Of a DNA stretch of 64,000 nt, positions 17,810 to 30,193 are shown piece by piece; within the stretch, counting starts at the first letter, position 1, and each line of letters begins with the position of its first letter. This stretch comes from Zygnema circumcarinatum SAG 698-1b. Taxonomy: Eukaryota; Plantae; Zygnematophyceae. The stretch spans positions 3,670,829 to 3,734,828 of the forward strand of contig CM074807.1 of the NCBI GenBank assembly GCA_037447605.1, read 5' to 3'. The notes beneath the pieces were generated by a model. The model was given only the letters and a program-made list of their open reading frames with translations, did not search any database and had not been told where the DNA came from. The translations under genes and the position numbers were made by a program.

Positions 17810-17913
17810 TTTACGCACCTTTCTCGGCTAGATACACATTTTTTTGGGTTAAATAGAAACCCTTAAATCTGACTAGTGAAAAAACTGTGTATCTAGCCAA
17901 AAAGGTGTGCAAA
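17810..17913. repeat. Short foldback/MITE-like inverted repeat related to the long TIR sub-unit
   Basis: Arms TTTACGCACCTTTCTCGGCTAGATACACA (17810-17838) and TGTGTATCTAGCCAAAAAGGTGTGCAAA (17886-17913). They share a CACCTTTTT-G...TAGA-ACA core with the 164-bp TIR. Confidence 0.6.
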
Positions 17914-18273
17914 TAGCCTCCCAGTCCACAAAATGGGAGAACATTTCCAAGGCAGAAATGTTGAGTTTGCCTTCTCGTCACCGACATAAGCTCCTGAGAG
18001 CAAATCTTCCTTCAATCTTCTTCAATTTTCAGTCTTCAGTTTCAAGACAGAACTTTTTCACCCATCCCCTTGTTTAGACAAAAGCTTCATGTAACTGGCA
18101 TACATAACTTGCTCGAAAATAATGGGTCTGAAAAGAAAAGAAGAAGAGACTGAAATTCGTACGATCGCAGTTTCGAGGAAAGGTGAAATACCTTATAAAT
18201 TGAGAGTCTATACCAATCACCATCTGCCACGCTTTTTTATGACGTGACAAATGGTTGGTTCAAGCTCTCAATA

Positions 18274-18430
18274 GGGGGTGTCAGACTTAACAAAATCTTA
18301 CGAAAAGCGTTACGAAAAAAAAGGTTACGAAAGTACTCCGCCGCAGGAGGATCGCTATTATACTGGAGTACTTGTTCTGATGTCAAACTTACGAACACGC
18401 GTACTGAAATTTTTTAAGTCTGACACCCCC
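18274..18430. mobile_element. MITE family A, copy 2
   Basis: TIRs GGGGGTGTCAGACTTAA / TTAAGTCTGACACCCCC with TA flanks. Confidence 0.8.
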
Positions 18431-18435
18431 TAATA

Positions 18436-18565
18436 GGGGGTGTCAGACTTAACGAAATCTTACGAACAAATTTTTTTTGTAAGTACGCCGCACCAGGATT
18501 GCGATCTCACCGAAGTACTCGTTCTGGTCTCAAACTTACGAACAATTTTTAAGTCTGACACCCCC
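18436..18565. mobile_element. MITE family A, copy 3
   Basis: Same TIRs as copy 2, separated from it by TAATA. Same orientation as copy 1. Confidence 0.8.
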
Positions 18566-18613
18566 TAATGTACGGTATTTAAATTTTTTTTGAACGGATC
18601 TTCCGCTCCGAGC

Positions 18614-18776
18614 GGATTGTGAAATAAAATCTGCCCGCTGGAACAAGGGCTGTATCGATTCCAAAAAGGTGTGAAAAAAACATTTTCTGTTTTTGATCCT
18701 TTTTTGTCTATTCTAAAATCTGCCCGGCAAAAAAAGGTCTGTGCCTAGACAAAAAAGTGTGAATTTAGCACTACCC
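18614..18776 (-). repeat. Right long terminal inverted repeat
   Basis: Reverse complement of 10143-10306; ends ...GAATTTAGCACTACCC. Confidence 0.85.
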
Positions 18777-18881
18777 AAAGGAAATTGGGGGCAGGAACAC
18801 AAACACAATCACGGTTGGGCCAATAGGCGCTCGCCACGTGACAACAAATTGGAGTTTTAGAGTTTTTGCTGTACCGGAACT

Positions 18882-18966
18882 CGTTTCCGGTTTCCGGTTT
18901 TCGGTTTTCGGTTTTTGGTAGTCGGTTTTCAGTTTCTGGTTGCCGGTTTCCGGTTTCTGGTTTCTG
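18882..18966. repeat. Degenerate 7-bp tandem repeat (GTTTCCG/GTTTTCG) upstream of SF3A3
   Basis: About a dozen variant units, read directly from the sequence. Confidence 0.7.
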
Positions 18967-19202
18967 GAGGGGAGTACCTTACGGTACCGACTAGGTCGAT
19001 TTTTGGCAGTGTCCTCGAAAGGGATACGTCTTCATACTAAGTGTTTAACGTCCGCTTTACTGGGTACTGGCGTCCGCAGCTTACTTTTATTCTGCGGAGC
19101 AAAGAAAGGCCTGTTGCTGGCTGAAGGAAAGCAGGCTGGTCTTCCAGGAGGAGAGCAGCAAGCAGGGGTGGGAGAGGGGAGGGTAGTGGGGATTGCGACG
19201 CC

Positions 19203-22200
19203 ATGGCGTCGACTCTCTTGGAGCAGACGCGAGCTGCGCACGAGGAGAACGAGCGTCTTGAGCGGCTGATTGTGAAGGACCTGCAGCAAGAGGTGCAGGG
19301 ACATCGAGAGCGCCTCCATCAGAGCCACCGCGTCAAGAATTTCGTCGAAACCATGGTTGCAAATTCTGCTCGCTTGGTGAGTGCTGCGCTGAGGGATTGA
19401 ATCGCTTCTTGCTTTCGCGCGGCTCTGTCCTGTTTTAGGGTTGTTTGGATCGTTAGGGTTTACCTCTATTTAGAAAGTGAAGCCGCAAGCATGTACTTTT
19501 GCAGGCGGAGGTATATGAAGACAAGGATCACGCGCGGAGGGATGAGATTGCTGCGCTTGGAGGGCAGGGGACAGCTGGCCAAAATGTTTTTAGCTCTTTT
19601 TATGACCGCCTTAAGGAGGTGGGTTTGCATTCTTGACCTTCATATGTCGCCAGCGTTCTCGACTTCTCGCATATTTTTTGGGAATGGTCTAGTTTTGGGA
19701 ATACTTTTGACTAGCCGGAGACATTCAAAGGTTGCAGTTAAGCAATTCGAAGCAGGAGGTTGTTTCGAAAGCTAGAATGAAGTCTGGGCGCAAAAAAAAA
19801 TAAAAAGCTTTTCGTCGTTACTGTTGTTATTTGTATCTCACATGAACCTTTCCCTGCAGATAAGAGATTATCATCGTAGACATCCGGGAGCGAAAGCTGT
19901 TGATCCGGGCGAGAATCCTGACGAGCTTATCAAGGAGGAGCCATGGATTGAGTTCAGCGGAGAGGTGAATATTGTCACGTCACATTGCCCATTAATAATA
20001 GCTTAAGTAAACGGAGAGTTTAAACTGCTTATGGGCCACGCACGAGGTTAAACAATGCATATTGAGCTTTCCAAAGGTCAGAGGGACCATGAGTACATTG
20101 CTTGTTTATAGATACCTCTGCTGTTCTGGGTCACGTGTAACAGGAGGCGTACGGGCGCTATCTTGACCTACACGAACTCTTCAACACTTTTATGAACGCT
20201 AAATTTGGGCAACCAGTTGAATACTCCGCTTACATTGAAGAGTTTCATCAAACTCACAAAATTCGACAAAGCTTGAAGTTTACAAAGTAAGGATGCGATT
20301 CAATCTGCTTGCGGAAGACTTGCAATTATTGTTAGTTTGTTTAGGGTTGTAGGAAGCTTGTTCTTGTTCTGGTGGTTCCAGTTCTGTCGATTGCAGTATA
20401 CTCTATAGAATCTTTGGCAATGTTGCTTAAAGCATTGCTCGTCATACCCAAGCGATGGTAACCCTGTACTTGCATTCAAGGTCACCTAATCGTGCTCATA
20501 AGTGATTGCAAGTTCAGGCCTGGGAGGGCCTTTTTTGTTAGGTCGTTCTATGACACTTAGCTGATTGGGTGGATGATCTCTTGTGAAGGGGCTATAAGGA
20601 GTATCTGGGAAGCCTGCTTGAGTATTTGACATCATTTTTCGACCGAACTCAGCCCCTACAACCATATGAGAAGATCATGGCAAAGGTAAACTTCATCTTA
20701 GCTCTTCTGTTTCGGGCTTCCGTTGCACCTGTAGGTTGGTTTCATTTCTAGTCAAAACTTTGAATAAATAGCTTTGGGAGATATCTATTGAGGAATGTAA
20801 TTTAGTTATAATGTGCACGGGGCGAAAAAATTCTGTTCCACTGCTGCTTTTGCTAAACTGTTAGACCTAGAGGACTAGGTTACCTAAGTTACTAAGGTTA
20901 CAATTGGGTATTCAGTCAAATTGATGACGTCTTTCTATCAACAAGTGGGGAACTTAAAAGCATAAAGTATAATGACTCTAAGCATCATATACATAGAGTA
21001 GCATGTCTATGGTAGTTGTGGAGGAAACCAGTATAATGATTCGTGTCGCTGGGAATTTTCCCCTAACTATTGCAGCACTTTGTCAAGCATGGGGCATGAC
21101 TGAATGAATTCTTGTCGGCTGTATTCTGCTTACGCGTAATGAACTGAGGTAGATTTTTCATAAGGAAACAGTTTCAGTCTCCAAGTTGGCAATGTCGACA
21201 AGCTTTGGATTCTTGACGTGAGTATTCTGGGTTAGGTCTGATGAAATCTTCGTTAGAGGATATACTCTCTAGTTTTTTTCCCCTCGTAAACGTGTCGGTC
21301 GTCATTGTGGAACTAACTTATATTGCGGGAAAGCTTTGATATTTCCTGCACTTAAGATAGCATGGGGTACAAAGCTTAACGTGTGGAGGTTTGCTACGGA
21401 GGCAAACATTGCCCTGACTCCCCTTATACTTGTATTGAACCTTATGCCTACAATATTATCGGCCAGACTCACTGTAGACTTCCTCGATTGTGGTCCTTCT
21501 ACTTAGCCTTGCTAGTCATTTACTTACAGAGTCCTCTCACTCCTGATTTTATTTCTGTACTCATGCCCGAGTCTTTCATCTTGGGACTGTGTTTGCATAC
21601 TGAAACCATGCGAGGTTGTTGTTCACAGCAATGCGAAACTCATGCTAGGCTGTGCTCTACATACTAGCTGTAGAACGGCTTCAAAGCATGCTTCCATGAA
21701 CTAGAACTGTGCAATTGGACATGCAGGTCTTATCCTGGATGACGATTTGACAGCAAATATTGGCAGTCTGCGCCGAAAAATCAATGGGGTTCGAAAACTC
21801 GGGTATTCAGGCGAATGCCTGACTTTATGTGGTTCTGTGTTTCCTTCTGGTCGTAATTCCGTCAGAGTGGTCGGAACTCCCCTCACCATCAGTAGGACAT
21901 CTTTTTGTAGCAAAGTGAGGTAGAATAACAGCAGCCAAAGCATTTGAAGGTGACGAGAAGTGGATGAAAGTTGAAGCTAACTGTGTGATTGTTCTGAGAG
22001 GTAGACGGTCTGTTATACTTGTATGGAGTGTATGGAGTTGTTTGGAGTTGCTATCATCGAGTAGTTTGGAGATGGAGGACCCGGGTGAGTATTGAAGGCG
22101 TTTGGTGTCACTTGAACCAAGTAGACGGATCAACCGTGATTTTGAAGTGCGACATCATCGTTACTTTGCACATAGGACGGATTAGCATCACTTGCTATAC

Positions 22201-25159
22201 TAGCATTTCCCTATTTTTGTTCTTAGCTCTTGTCCTTGTATTTCTCGTATGCTGTTCTCTTCGCCACTCCTCTGCTTAAGGTGCATTGGCATCTGCACCA
22301 GCATCTTCAACCTCGCACTAGTGGTTTCTGCAAGGCTGGTTTTCAGTTCGTGGGTCATATTCCAAATGAGAAGTTCTCTATTTCTCTAGTTTTTTTGACT
22401 CTCTGAGTAGCTTTTCGTCCTGTTGTGAATCAGTGGCGTGGGAGGAGTAGGAACAGCCTTAGATATCAGCACTTGCAATGGCTAGGAGGGCTGTCAGGGG
22501 CCATGTTGCCTCCTGTTTGAACAGTTAGTTCACCGACGTTGTTTTGCATTTGTTATTCCATGTAATTTCATCTTGTAAATGTAATTTGGCGGGTTGAAGC
22601 TCGTTTTAAAGTGGCTTTTTTTGTGGTTGCAGGTGGAAGCAGATTTTGAACCCAAGTGGGAAGAAGGCAAGGTGGCGGGGTGGGAAGATTCTGGAAGAAG
22701 CAATGGAGATGCTTCCTCTACCGCGAGGCAACAGGACATTGTCGACCTGCAAGAGTTTGACACAGTAGAGGAGCTCCTTGATCCTGAACTTGTGCCTCTG
22801 GAAAAACTCAAGCAGGTTGGATGCAATGCCTTGTTTGAGTCCCTTAATAGAATTGAATTGGCCTGAAAACTTGCACACATAGGCTTATTTAGTGGTAGTT
22901 GGGGCCCAACATTTGCTGTTCTCTGACTTTCTAAGGGAGCCACTCAGTCGTGCTGTTGAACTGAAGTGCGTTCAGGAACGGTTCTATGCAGGCTCTTGCA
23001 GCTCTTGGACTGAAAACTGGAGGGACCCCACAGCAGAGAGCAGAGCGACTTCTGTTGACTAAGGTATGCACAACAGACCACTTACCGCTGCATCAATCTC
23101 CCCCCTTTCTTTACGGGATGTTTGCCTCTTTGTTTACCCAGAAGTTGGGTTCTTTTGCATTCTCAATGTGCTTTTGGGTTTGTTGACAGGCGACGGCTCG
23201 AACAATTAATATAAGCATTGGCTCCACTTTTGTTGCATGCCGAGCATGATTTGCAGGAAACTCGTTTGGATGATTTGGATCCCAAACATTTTGTGAAGGG
23301 GGCGAGACCGTCCAAGAAGACAGCAGGGGATGATGCTATCCGTACAGCAGAAGGAAAAGACATAGCACTCATGGAAGTTAAAGTGCTGAAGTTGGTGGAG
23401 CTGCTTAAGGAGGTGGGTCTGCAAGATACTCTATATTTCAAGTCAAGTAGTGGGATAATGTAGACTTGGCATTTGCTTTTCTACCTGTTTAAAGGTCGTC
23501 TTTCCCGAAAAGAATTTCCTTTCTTTTCAAGTGAAGAAGGCAATGACTCCCTTCTCGAAACGCAATCTGTGGTAAACTCTTATTTTCTTATTCGGACAAA
23601 CTGAAGGGCTTACAAAACGCGTTCTTACTTGTAATGGGCTTGAAAAATTTTACCTTAACTTGCTCCCTCCTTTCATTCTCTCTTTTGGTGCCCAAGAGGA
23701 TCTGATCATCGCTTTTGCTTTTGTCCGCCATTGTGTGCAAGCTCATGGTATGTGGGAAGCCTTTGATAAATCTTTTATCCCATTCCTATTTGTCTCCTTT
23801 GTTCCCGCAGGCAATTGCAGAGACGAAAGCGCACGTGGAGAAGAAAATGGCTCTCACATATGAGGAGATGGAGGCAGAGAGAGAAGAGGTGAGGAAGGGC
23901 CCAACTCACATGGCCTTGCTCTCTGATATTGGTGTTTGTTAGAGGCCATTTTCCTCGGATTACTTTACTTTACCCTAGGCCTTCCGATCGACATGATATG
24001 GTCTTTGAATCCTAGACTTTAAGGTGGAGAAACCAAGACACAAACTTCTTCATGTGTATATGCCGAGACTTAAGAACTTCAGGAACTTTTCGTCTGCTGA
24101 CTGTGCTGTAGCACATTGGCAAGCCTGCGCTTTATTTGAAAAGGCAAGCAGGGTCTGTTCAAATCCCTTATAAGCTGATTGGGGTATGGGAGAGGTGGTT
24201 TTGCAGCATGAGGCAGCTACTGTTGAGGAGGAGAGCGATGATGAGGAGGGGCAGATTTACAACCCTTTGAAACTTCCTATGGGGTGGGATGGGAAGCCTA
24301 TTCCTTATTGGCTTTACAAGCTGCACGGTCTCGGTCAGGTAAATTTTTGCAGCTTTGGGGGGCAATGTTGACTGTGGAAAGATTGCACGTTAGCATTAAG
24401 GGAGGTGTAGCAGCTTACTTTTTTTGTAGACAGTACCAGGTTTGAGATGATTTTTTGAAGTAAAAGGGGGTTGTTATTAAGCAGCAGCTTATGTTTATTT
24501 TTTTCATTTTTAGAACGAAGGCAGTGTTTCAGTCTGAAAGAAGAGTTGCTCAAGGGATAATTCAATAAAGCAGTTAACAGGAAGGGCCCCTGGATTGTGC
24601 AGGAGTTTAAGTGTGAGATTTGCGGCAATTACAGTTACTGGGGAAGGCGTGCTTTCGAGAGACACTTTAAAGAATGGAGACACCAACATGGAATGCGTTG
24701 TCTTGGCATTCCTAACACCAAGAACTTCAACGAAATTACCGTCATAAAGGTCAGAACCATGCCTCCTGCTTTTGCAGAGTCGACTTGTCTCACTCTCTCT
24801 CCCAGCTCTGCCTTAACCTAAACGTCATTGCTTCATTGGAAAGGAGTAAACAAATCACTCGGAGAGCAGAGACTCATGGCATGCTGATATCACCCGCACA
24901 AGCAGATGCATGTAGAGATAGATGGGTGAGAGCTACTGTCTTGATCCTCTTTGGAATTTAGATGCGACGAAGAGATGATGGACTTTATTAATCTGCATTG
25001 AACGCAACGCAGGATGCGGAAGCCCTGTGGGAGAAGATCAAGGAGAAGCAGGGGGTGAACAAATGGCGGCCGGAGGTGGAGGAGGAGTACGAAGACACGG
25101 AGGGGAATGTGTACAACAAGAAGACCTACACTGACCTACAAAAACAGGGCCTCTTGTAG
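19203..25159 (+). CDS. SF3A3: Splicing factor 3A subunit 3 (SF3a60/ATROPOS), multi-exon
   Basis: N-terminus [27 protein letters not shown]. Internal [24 protein letters not shown] and zinc finger [40 protein letters not shown]-terminus [26 protein letters not shown]. Confidence 0.95.
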
Positions 25160-25780
25160 GGGGGCTTCAGGTAGACGGGGCCATGTGGGTTCTATGTGGT
25201 CCGCACGCTGTTCAGTTAATCTGAAGGTTGAGGATATAGCCGAGGTGTTTGCCAAAGGGAGAGTTTCTAGCAGAGGGGGGGTTCTGTAGCCCTTCATCAA
25301 ACGGTGGGTTGACGGAAGTCTGTAAATCAGAAAAAATAAAGCAGTTTTCAGCGTCTTCCTCCTCGCATGAAGAAGCGCATTGTGCAAGAGATACTTTTTT
25401 GGGGGAAAAAACCCTCGTCTCGCACATCACTTTTCTTCTCGTCGCTCGAGTAGTACTTAACGGTTTTTGCTGGGGTTGCCAGTTGCTCTTCTTTTAAAAC
25501 GCCCAATGACTCTATATAGACTATTACAACAGCAACGACTGGGTCCGTTTCCATGACCCACTTTCTTTTTCCAGTTTCTTTCCCCAAGTTGCAAACTCGC
25601 CCAGTTCTGGTTTATAGAAAAAAACCAAACCGGACTCGAGAACCGTTCGCTCGCACGTGCGGCTCTAGCTTCAGACTGGCGGGGACAAATAAAGATATTG
25701 TCCAATAAGAAATCGCCAGCAGTGCCAGACAAGCAGGTTACTTGGGCTCGTTGTTTTTGCAAAATGTCCACTTAGAAATC

Positions 25781-25931
25781 GCCACGTGGCTGCCACGTGT
25801 ATGGCTATACCGGCTGCGTGTTTGCAAAGTGTCCACTAAGAAATTGCCACGAAAAAACAGGCTCGTTTTTGCTCCCACGCTGCCACGGAAAAGCAGGTTA
25901 AAACTCGAGTGCTCCATTGGCCGCCACGTGC
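25781..25931. promoter_or_regulatory. G-box cluster and ~31-bp direct repeat upstream of CCD-A
   Basis: CACGTG at ~25783, ~25794 and ~25925. TTTGCAAA(A/G)TGTCCACT(T/A)AGAAAT(C/T)GCCACG occurs twice. Confidence 0.4.
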
Positions 25932-26415
25932 ATTTATTTACAATTTGCAACAAATAATTGTTCCCTTAACAGCCAGTAGAATTTCGAACTTAAAAAACGG
26001 CCTTTTTTTTCTTTTTTCCCAATTCGGGCAGCTCGCCGGCTTTGAAACATTTTTCGTCCCCCTGCCTGCACCCGGCCGTACGGTCAACATTGAAATGTTG
26101 TCCGGGCGATCCTGTCGGTACATCCGGGCAGCCGTACCGTAACTCGAACGTGACGTGACGTGATATGACGTATGCTATGCTACCTGACGTGTCGTGACGT
26201 ATCGTGTCGTATTTGTTTGTCGCGACGCGAGGCTCGCGTCACGATCGTGAGACGTCCACAGGCGGCCACGTAGTCACCCCTCCCGCGCTGCCCGCCGGAG
26301 GCCCCGCGCTCGCTCGCCCACTCACTCTCCCTCACTCTCTCCCTCTCTCTCACTCTCTCGCTCTCTCTCTCTCGCTCTCTCTCTCCTCTCCTCTCCTGAT
26401 CTTCCTACAGAAGCC

Positions 26416-29400
26416 ATGGCGGCCGCTCCTGCAACAAGCCTCTTGCACTCCCTGCAAGCACCGCCCTCTGCAGCAGCAGGCGGCAGCCATGGCGGAGGGC
26501 TCCGGGAAGGAAAGGGACTTGCGATGCAGCGCACGGCCGCCTTCCTCGGGCGGCCCTCCCAACACTTCACTTCTCGACCCGCCTTGCGAGCTCGCAGAGG
26601 TCCCATCCTCGCGGGAGTCTCCCCCCTCGAAACGGAGACAGAGAAGCAGGGAGAGGCGAAGGTAGTGGAGCTGCTCGAGAAGCAGCTGTCGGAGCCCAGT
26701 GCGGTACTCGTCGGAGAAACGCTGGCACAGAGAGAGGGAGAGGGAGAGAGAGAGAGAGAGGGAGAGAGAGAGGGAGAGAGAGAGGGAGAGAGAGAGGGAG
26801 AGAGAGAGGGAGAGAGGGGCTCCAGAGTGAGAGAGCTGCTTGGAGAGCTCCGCCACAGCCGCGCCCAGAACACAAAGAGGGAAGTCTCCCCCTTGGCCTC
26901 CCTCCAGGCCTCTCTCTCTAAGGCGGTGGCCTCCTCCTTTTTGGGATTACTGAAGGTGGTGGTGAAGGAGGAGGAGGTGGTGGAGGAGGAGGAGGAGGCC
27001 CTTCAGGGGAACTGGGGGCCCGTGCGGGAACTGGGAGCCATGGCGGGCCCTCTGAGGGTCATATCTGGAGAGCTTCCTGCCGACTTTCCGCGGGGAATGT
27101 TCATCAGGTGGGAAGATTTCAAAGGGCATGTTTGTAGAATGTTTTAAAAATGTTGAGCAATGTTGAACGAGTCAGGCAATTCTCCGTAGGGAGCTTTTTT
27201 AGATTTTTTTTTAGATTCTGTTTCTTACCTTCCTTTTGTGTTCTTATTTTCTTTTCCTACCTCAGCAAGTTAATCTCTGTTCTTTTCGCTTTCCCTCTTA
27301 ATTAAAAGTAATTTACGGATCGTTTTAAGCATCCAGATCAGCATGCTTCCATTTTCTTGCTCACTTCTTTTCTGGCGCCCCTTATTTTCCCTGAACCAAT
27401 TCACATTTACTCGTTTGATTAAACAAGTTTTTACCTCTGTTCCTTTCTTCCTCCCATTCCTCATCTCCACTCTACAATTTTTCCTACCCCCCTCCTTACC
27501 ACTCCCTCTCCCTATCCCTCTCCCTCTCCCTCTCCCTCTCCCTCTCCCTCTCCCTCTCCCTCTCCCTATTCCTATCCCTCTCCCTCTCCCTCTCCCTCTC
27601 CTTCTCCCTCTCCTCCCTCTCCCTCTCCTCCTCCCTCCCTCCTCCTCCCCCTCCCCCTCCCCCTCCTCCTCCCCCTCCCCCTTCCCTCCCTCTCCTCTCC
27701 CTCTCCCTCTCCCTCTCCCTCTCCCTCTCCCTCTCCCTCTCCTTCTCCCTCTCCTCCTCCCTCGCCTTCTCCCTCTCCCTCTGCCTCGTCCTCCCTCTCC
27801 CTCTCCTTCCCTCCCGCCCTCTCTCCCTCCCTCCCTCCCTCCCTCCCTCCCTCCCTCCCTCTCTCTCTCCCTCTCCTCCCTCTCAGGAACGGGCCCAACC
27901 CATACTTCCCCCCCCTCCGGCGGGTCACTCCATGGGGCCGCGCCGAGCACCACCTCTTCGAGGGTGACGGCATGCTCCACGGCGCTTACGTCAGCAGCCA
28001 TGGCGGCGTCTTCTTCGCGAACCGCCTCGTGCAGACGGAGGGCCTCCGCGCGGACATGGCTGCCGGGAAGTCGGTCTTCTGGGGGGGCTTCAATGGGGAC
28101 CCGGGAGCGGTAATAGCCGGTAAGAGGGGAGCGAGAGAGAGAGAGAGAGAGGGAGAGGGGGGGGGGGGGAGGGAGAGGGGGAGGGAGAGACTTTGCGTAC
28201 TTCAGGAAGAAGGAGAAAAGAAAGACAAGAAGGGGTGGGGGGAAAGAGGGAGGGAGGGAGGGAGGGAGAGAGGAGGGAGGTGGGGCATGGCTTTATTGAG
28301 CATGAGTTGCATGCACGTGTGTGGCAGGTTTCTTGTCGAACTTGGCGGTCTCCGGGAAAGTGTTCAAGAAGGTCGCCAACACGAGTGTGATCGCTCACCA
28401 CGGGAAGGTGTTCGCTCTCAACGAGGCAATGCTGCCCACGGAGGTGTGCCTTCTTGGGCTGGGGAAGGGGAAGGGGGGGTTTAGAAGTGGGTAGATGCGA
28501 AAATGCCAAATATTTTCCTATAATATTTGCATATAATATCATGGGAAAGGTCGTCTCTTTCATTGCGGCATTGAAAGAGAAGGCTCACATGAATGCGGGC
28601 GAATGTCGTTGTAGTTATTGTGTCAGCAGAATGCAATAGAGGTGAAATTTGTGATGACAAATTAGAAGAGCATAGAACGGCAAGCTTTATTCCGACTGCA
28701 CCTCCGGTGATGATTCATGATTCAGCTGCTCTTGTTGCAGATTCTCCTCCCGAGCCTTGAAACAGTTGGGGAGTACGACTTTAACGGAAAACTGGATACG
28801 GCATGCACAGCACACGCAAAGATCGACCATTCAACAGGTATGTTCGAAAGGTTGCCTTACGTTACTGAATTGGCTTTCAGATGTTCAAAATTAGCAAATT
28901 GTTACTTGCTTCTGAGATATGGGGTTAACGCAGTTTTGCCTCCATGGATTGTCCAGGGGAGCTTATCTTCTTCAGCTATCAGGTCTCAGCCCCACATGTT
29001 ATCCTCTATGTGGCATCACGTGAAGGTGAAATCAAGCATCGTGTGGAAATCGATACAGGCTATGCCACTCCGATGCATGATTTCGCCATAACGGAGAAAT
29101 ATAGCATCATAGTGCACGAGGGTCTCACCATCAATCCGCAAAGAATCGCAGAGGGGAAGCCTTTGGTCGATTTCGAACCGGAAAAGGGATTGAGGTTTGG
29201 GGTCATTCCGCGATTCGGAGATGCATCCTCTCTTAATTGGTTTGACGTTGAGCCGGGCTTCACATTCCATATTATGAACTCGTATGAGGGTAAGCTTCTC
29301 TCTTCCCGCTCTTCGCTTTGACAGTCACTGTTTCGAACTGAAACTGAAACTGAAACTGAAACTGAAACTGAAACTGTGCAGATGGAGACGAGGTTGTGTT

Positions 29401-29731
29401 GCACGCCTTTCGACAAAAGATTGCGGTTTTGAGAGCTCCTGCGGGGCAGACGTGGAAGGAGTTTTTGCCGCAACATTTTGAATCTCCTGATGGGAAACTG
29501 CTCGCGCATCTTCATGAGTGGCGACTCAATATGAGGACGGGAGAAGTCGTAGAACGGCAGCTCGGACCTACAGGTCTGTCGGCGGAGTTTCCGCGGATTA
29601 ACGATAACTATGCCGGTCAAAAGTATAGGTAAGGGCTCACAATTGCTGTAGCTATGTGGTTACTTAGGTTTCATTTAGCCTTCTACTCAAGCTTACAGAG
29701 GACGAGAGAGAGAGAGAGAGAGAGGGGGGGG

Positions 29732-29765
<34 letters not shown>

Positions 29766-30193
29766 GAGAGCGAGAGAAGTGACATGCGGAAGTTGTACGG
29801 ATGGCTGGTGGGTGGTGCAGGTTTGGGTATGGTGCAGTGTGTGACATAGAGAATAGCGTAAAGAAGGGCCTGTACCAATTGTACGGTTCAATTGCAAAGT
29901 ATCACCTTCCGGAAGGCTCCGTAGATACAGCGCTGCCTGTGAAAACAGAGGTCCATTCGTTCGGGCCGCGACGGTACGGAGGAGAGGCGGCATTTGTACC
30001 GCGAGTGAATGCAAAAGCTGAGGACGATGGGTGGCTTGTGACCTATGTCTATGATGAAGGGGAGGATGCTTCGGAGTTTTATGTCATCGACGCACAGAAC
30101 ATGGGAGGGGAGCCGACGTTGAGAGTCGCTCTCCCGCAGAGAGTACCCTATGGCTTTCACGGCTCCTTCATCCCTGGAGAGTGGGATGTGTGA
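26416..30193 (+). CDS. Carotenoid cleavage dioxygenase (RPE65/CCD family), copy A, CCD1/4-like
   Basis: [43 protein letters not shown]. Four iron-ligand His in [21 protein letters not shown] and VPYGFHGSF. YGGEAAFVPR, EDDGWLVTYV. Ala/Ser-rich N-terminus. Confidence 0.93.
27503..27880. repeat. CT-rich low-complexity/(CTCTCC)n tract in CCD-A intron 1
   Basis: Read directly from the sequence; explains the spurious LP/GR/EG ORFs here. Confidence 0.85.

Larger units (their letters stand above)
10143..18776. mobile_element. Putative non-autonomous TIR element (Pack-MULE-like or composite) enclosing the SGS3-like gene
   Basis: Long TIRs with GGG...CCC termini. Flanks are AAATGGAAA (left) and AAAGGAAAT (right), i.e. 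an 8-bp match with one mismatch or a 9-bp match with one indel. No transposase inside. Confidence 0.45.

Noticed and set aside
10376-18565. CRISPR-like repeat-spacer appearance of the MITE TIRs
   Set aside because: The repeats are inverted pairs around conserved bodies in eukaryotic DNA, with no cas genes.
20686-22632. Long SF3A3 intron with short ORFs (possible LINE remnant or snoRNA host)
   Set aside because: No recognisable RT/endonuclease motif and no convincing C/D or H/ACA box pair with a terminal stem.
27270-28113. GR-, LP- and EG-repeat ORFs
   Set aside because: Translations of an intronic CT microsatellite.
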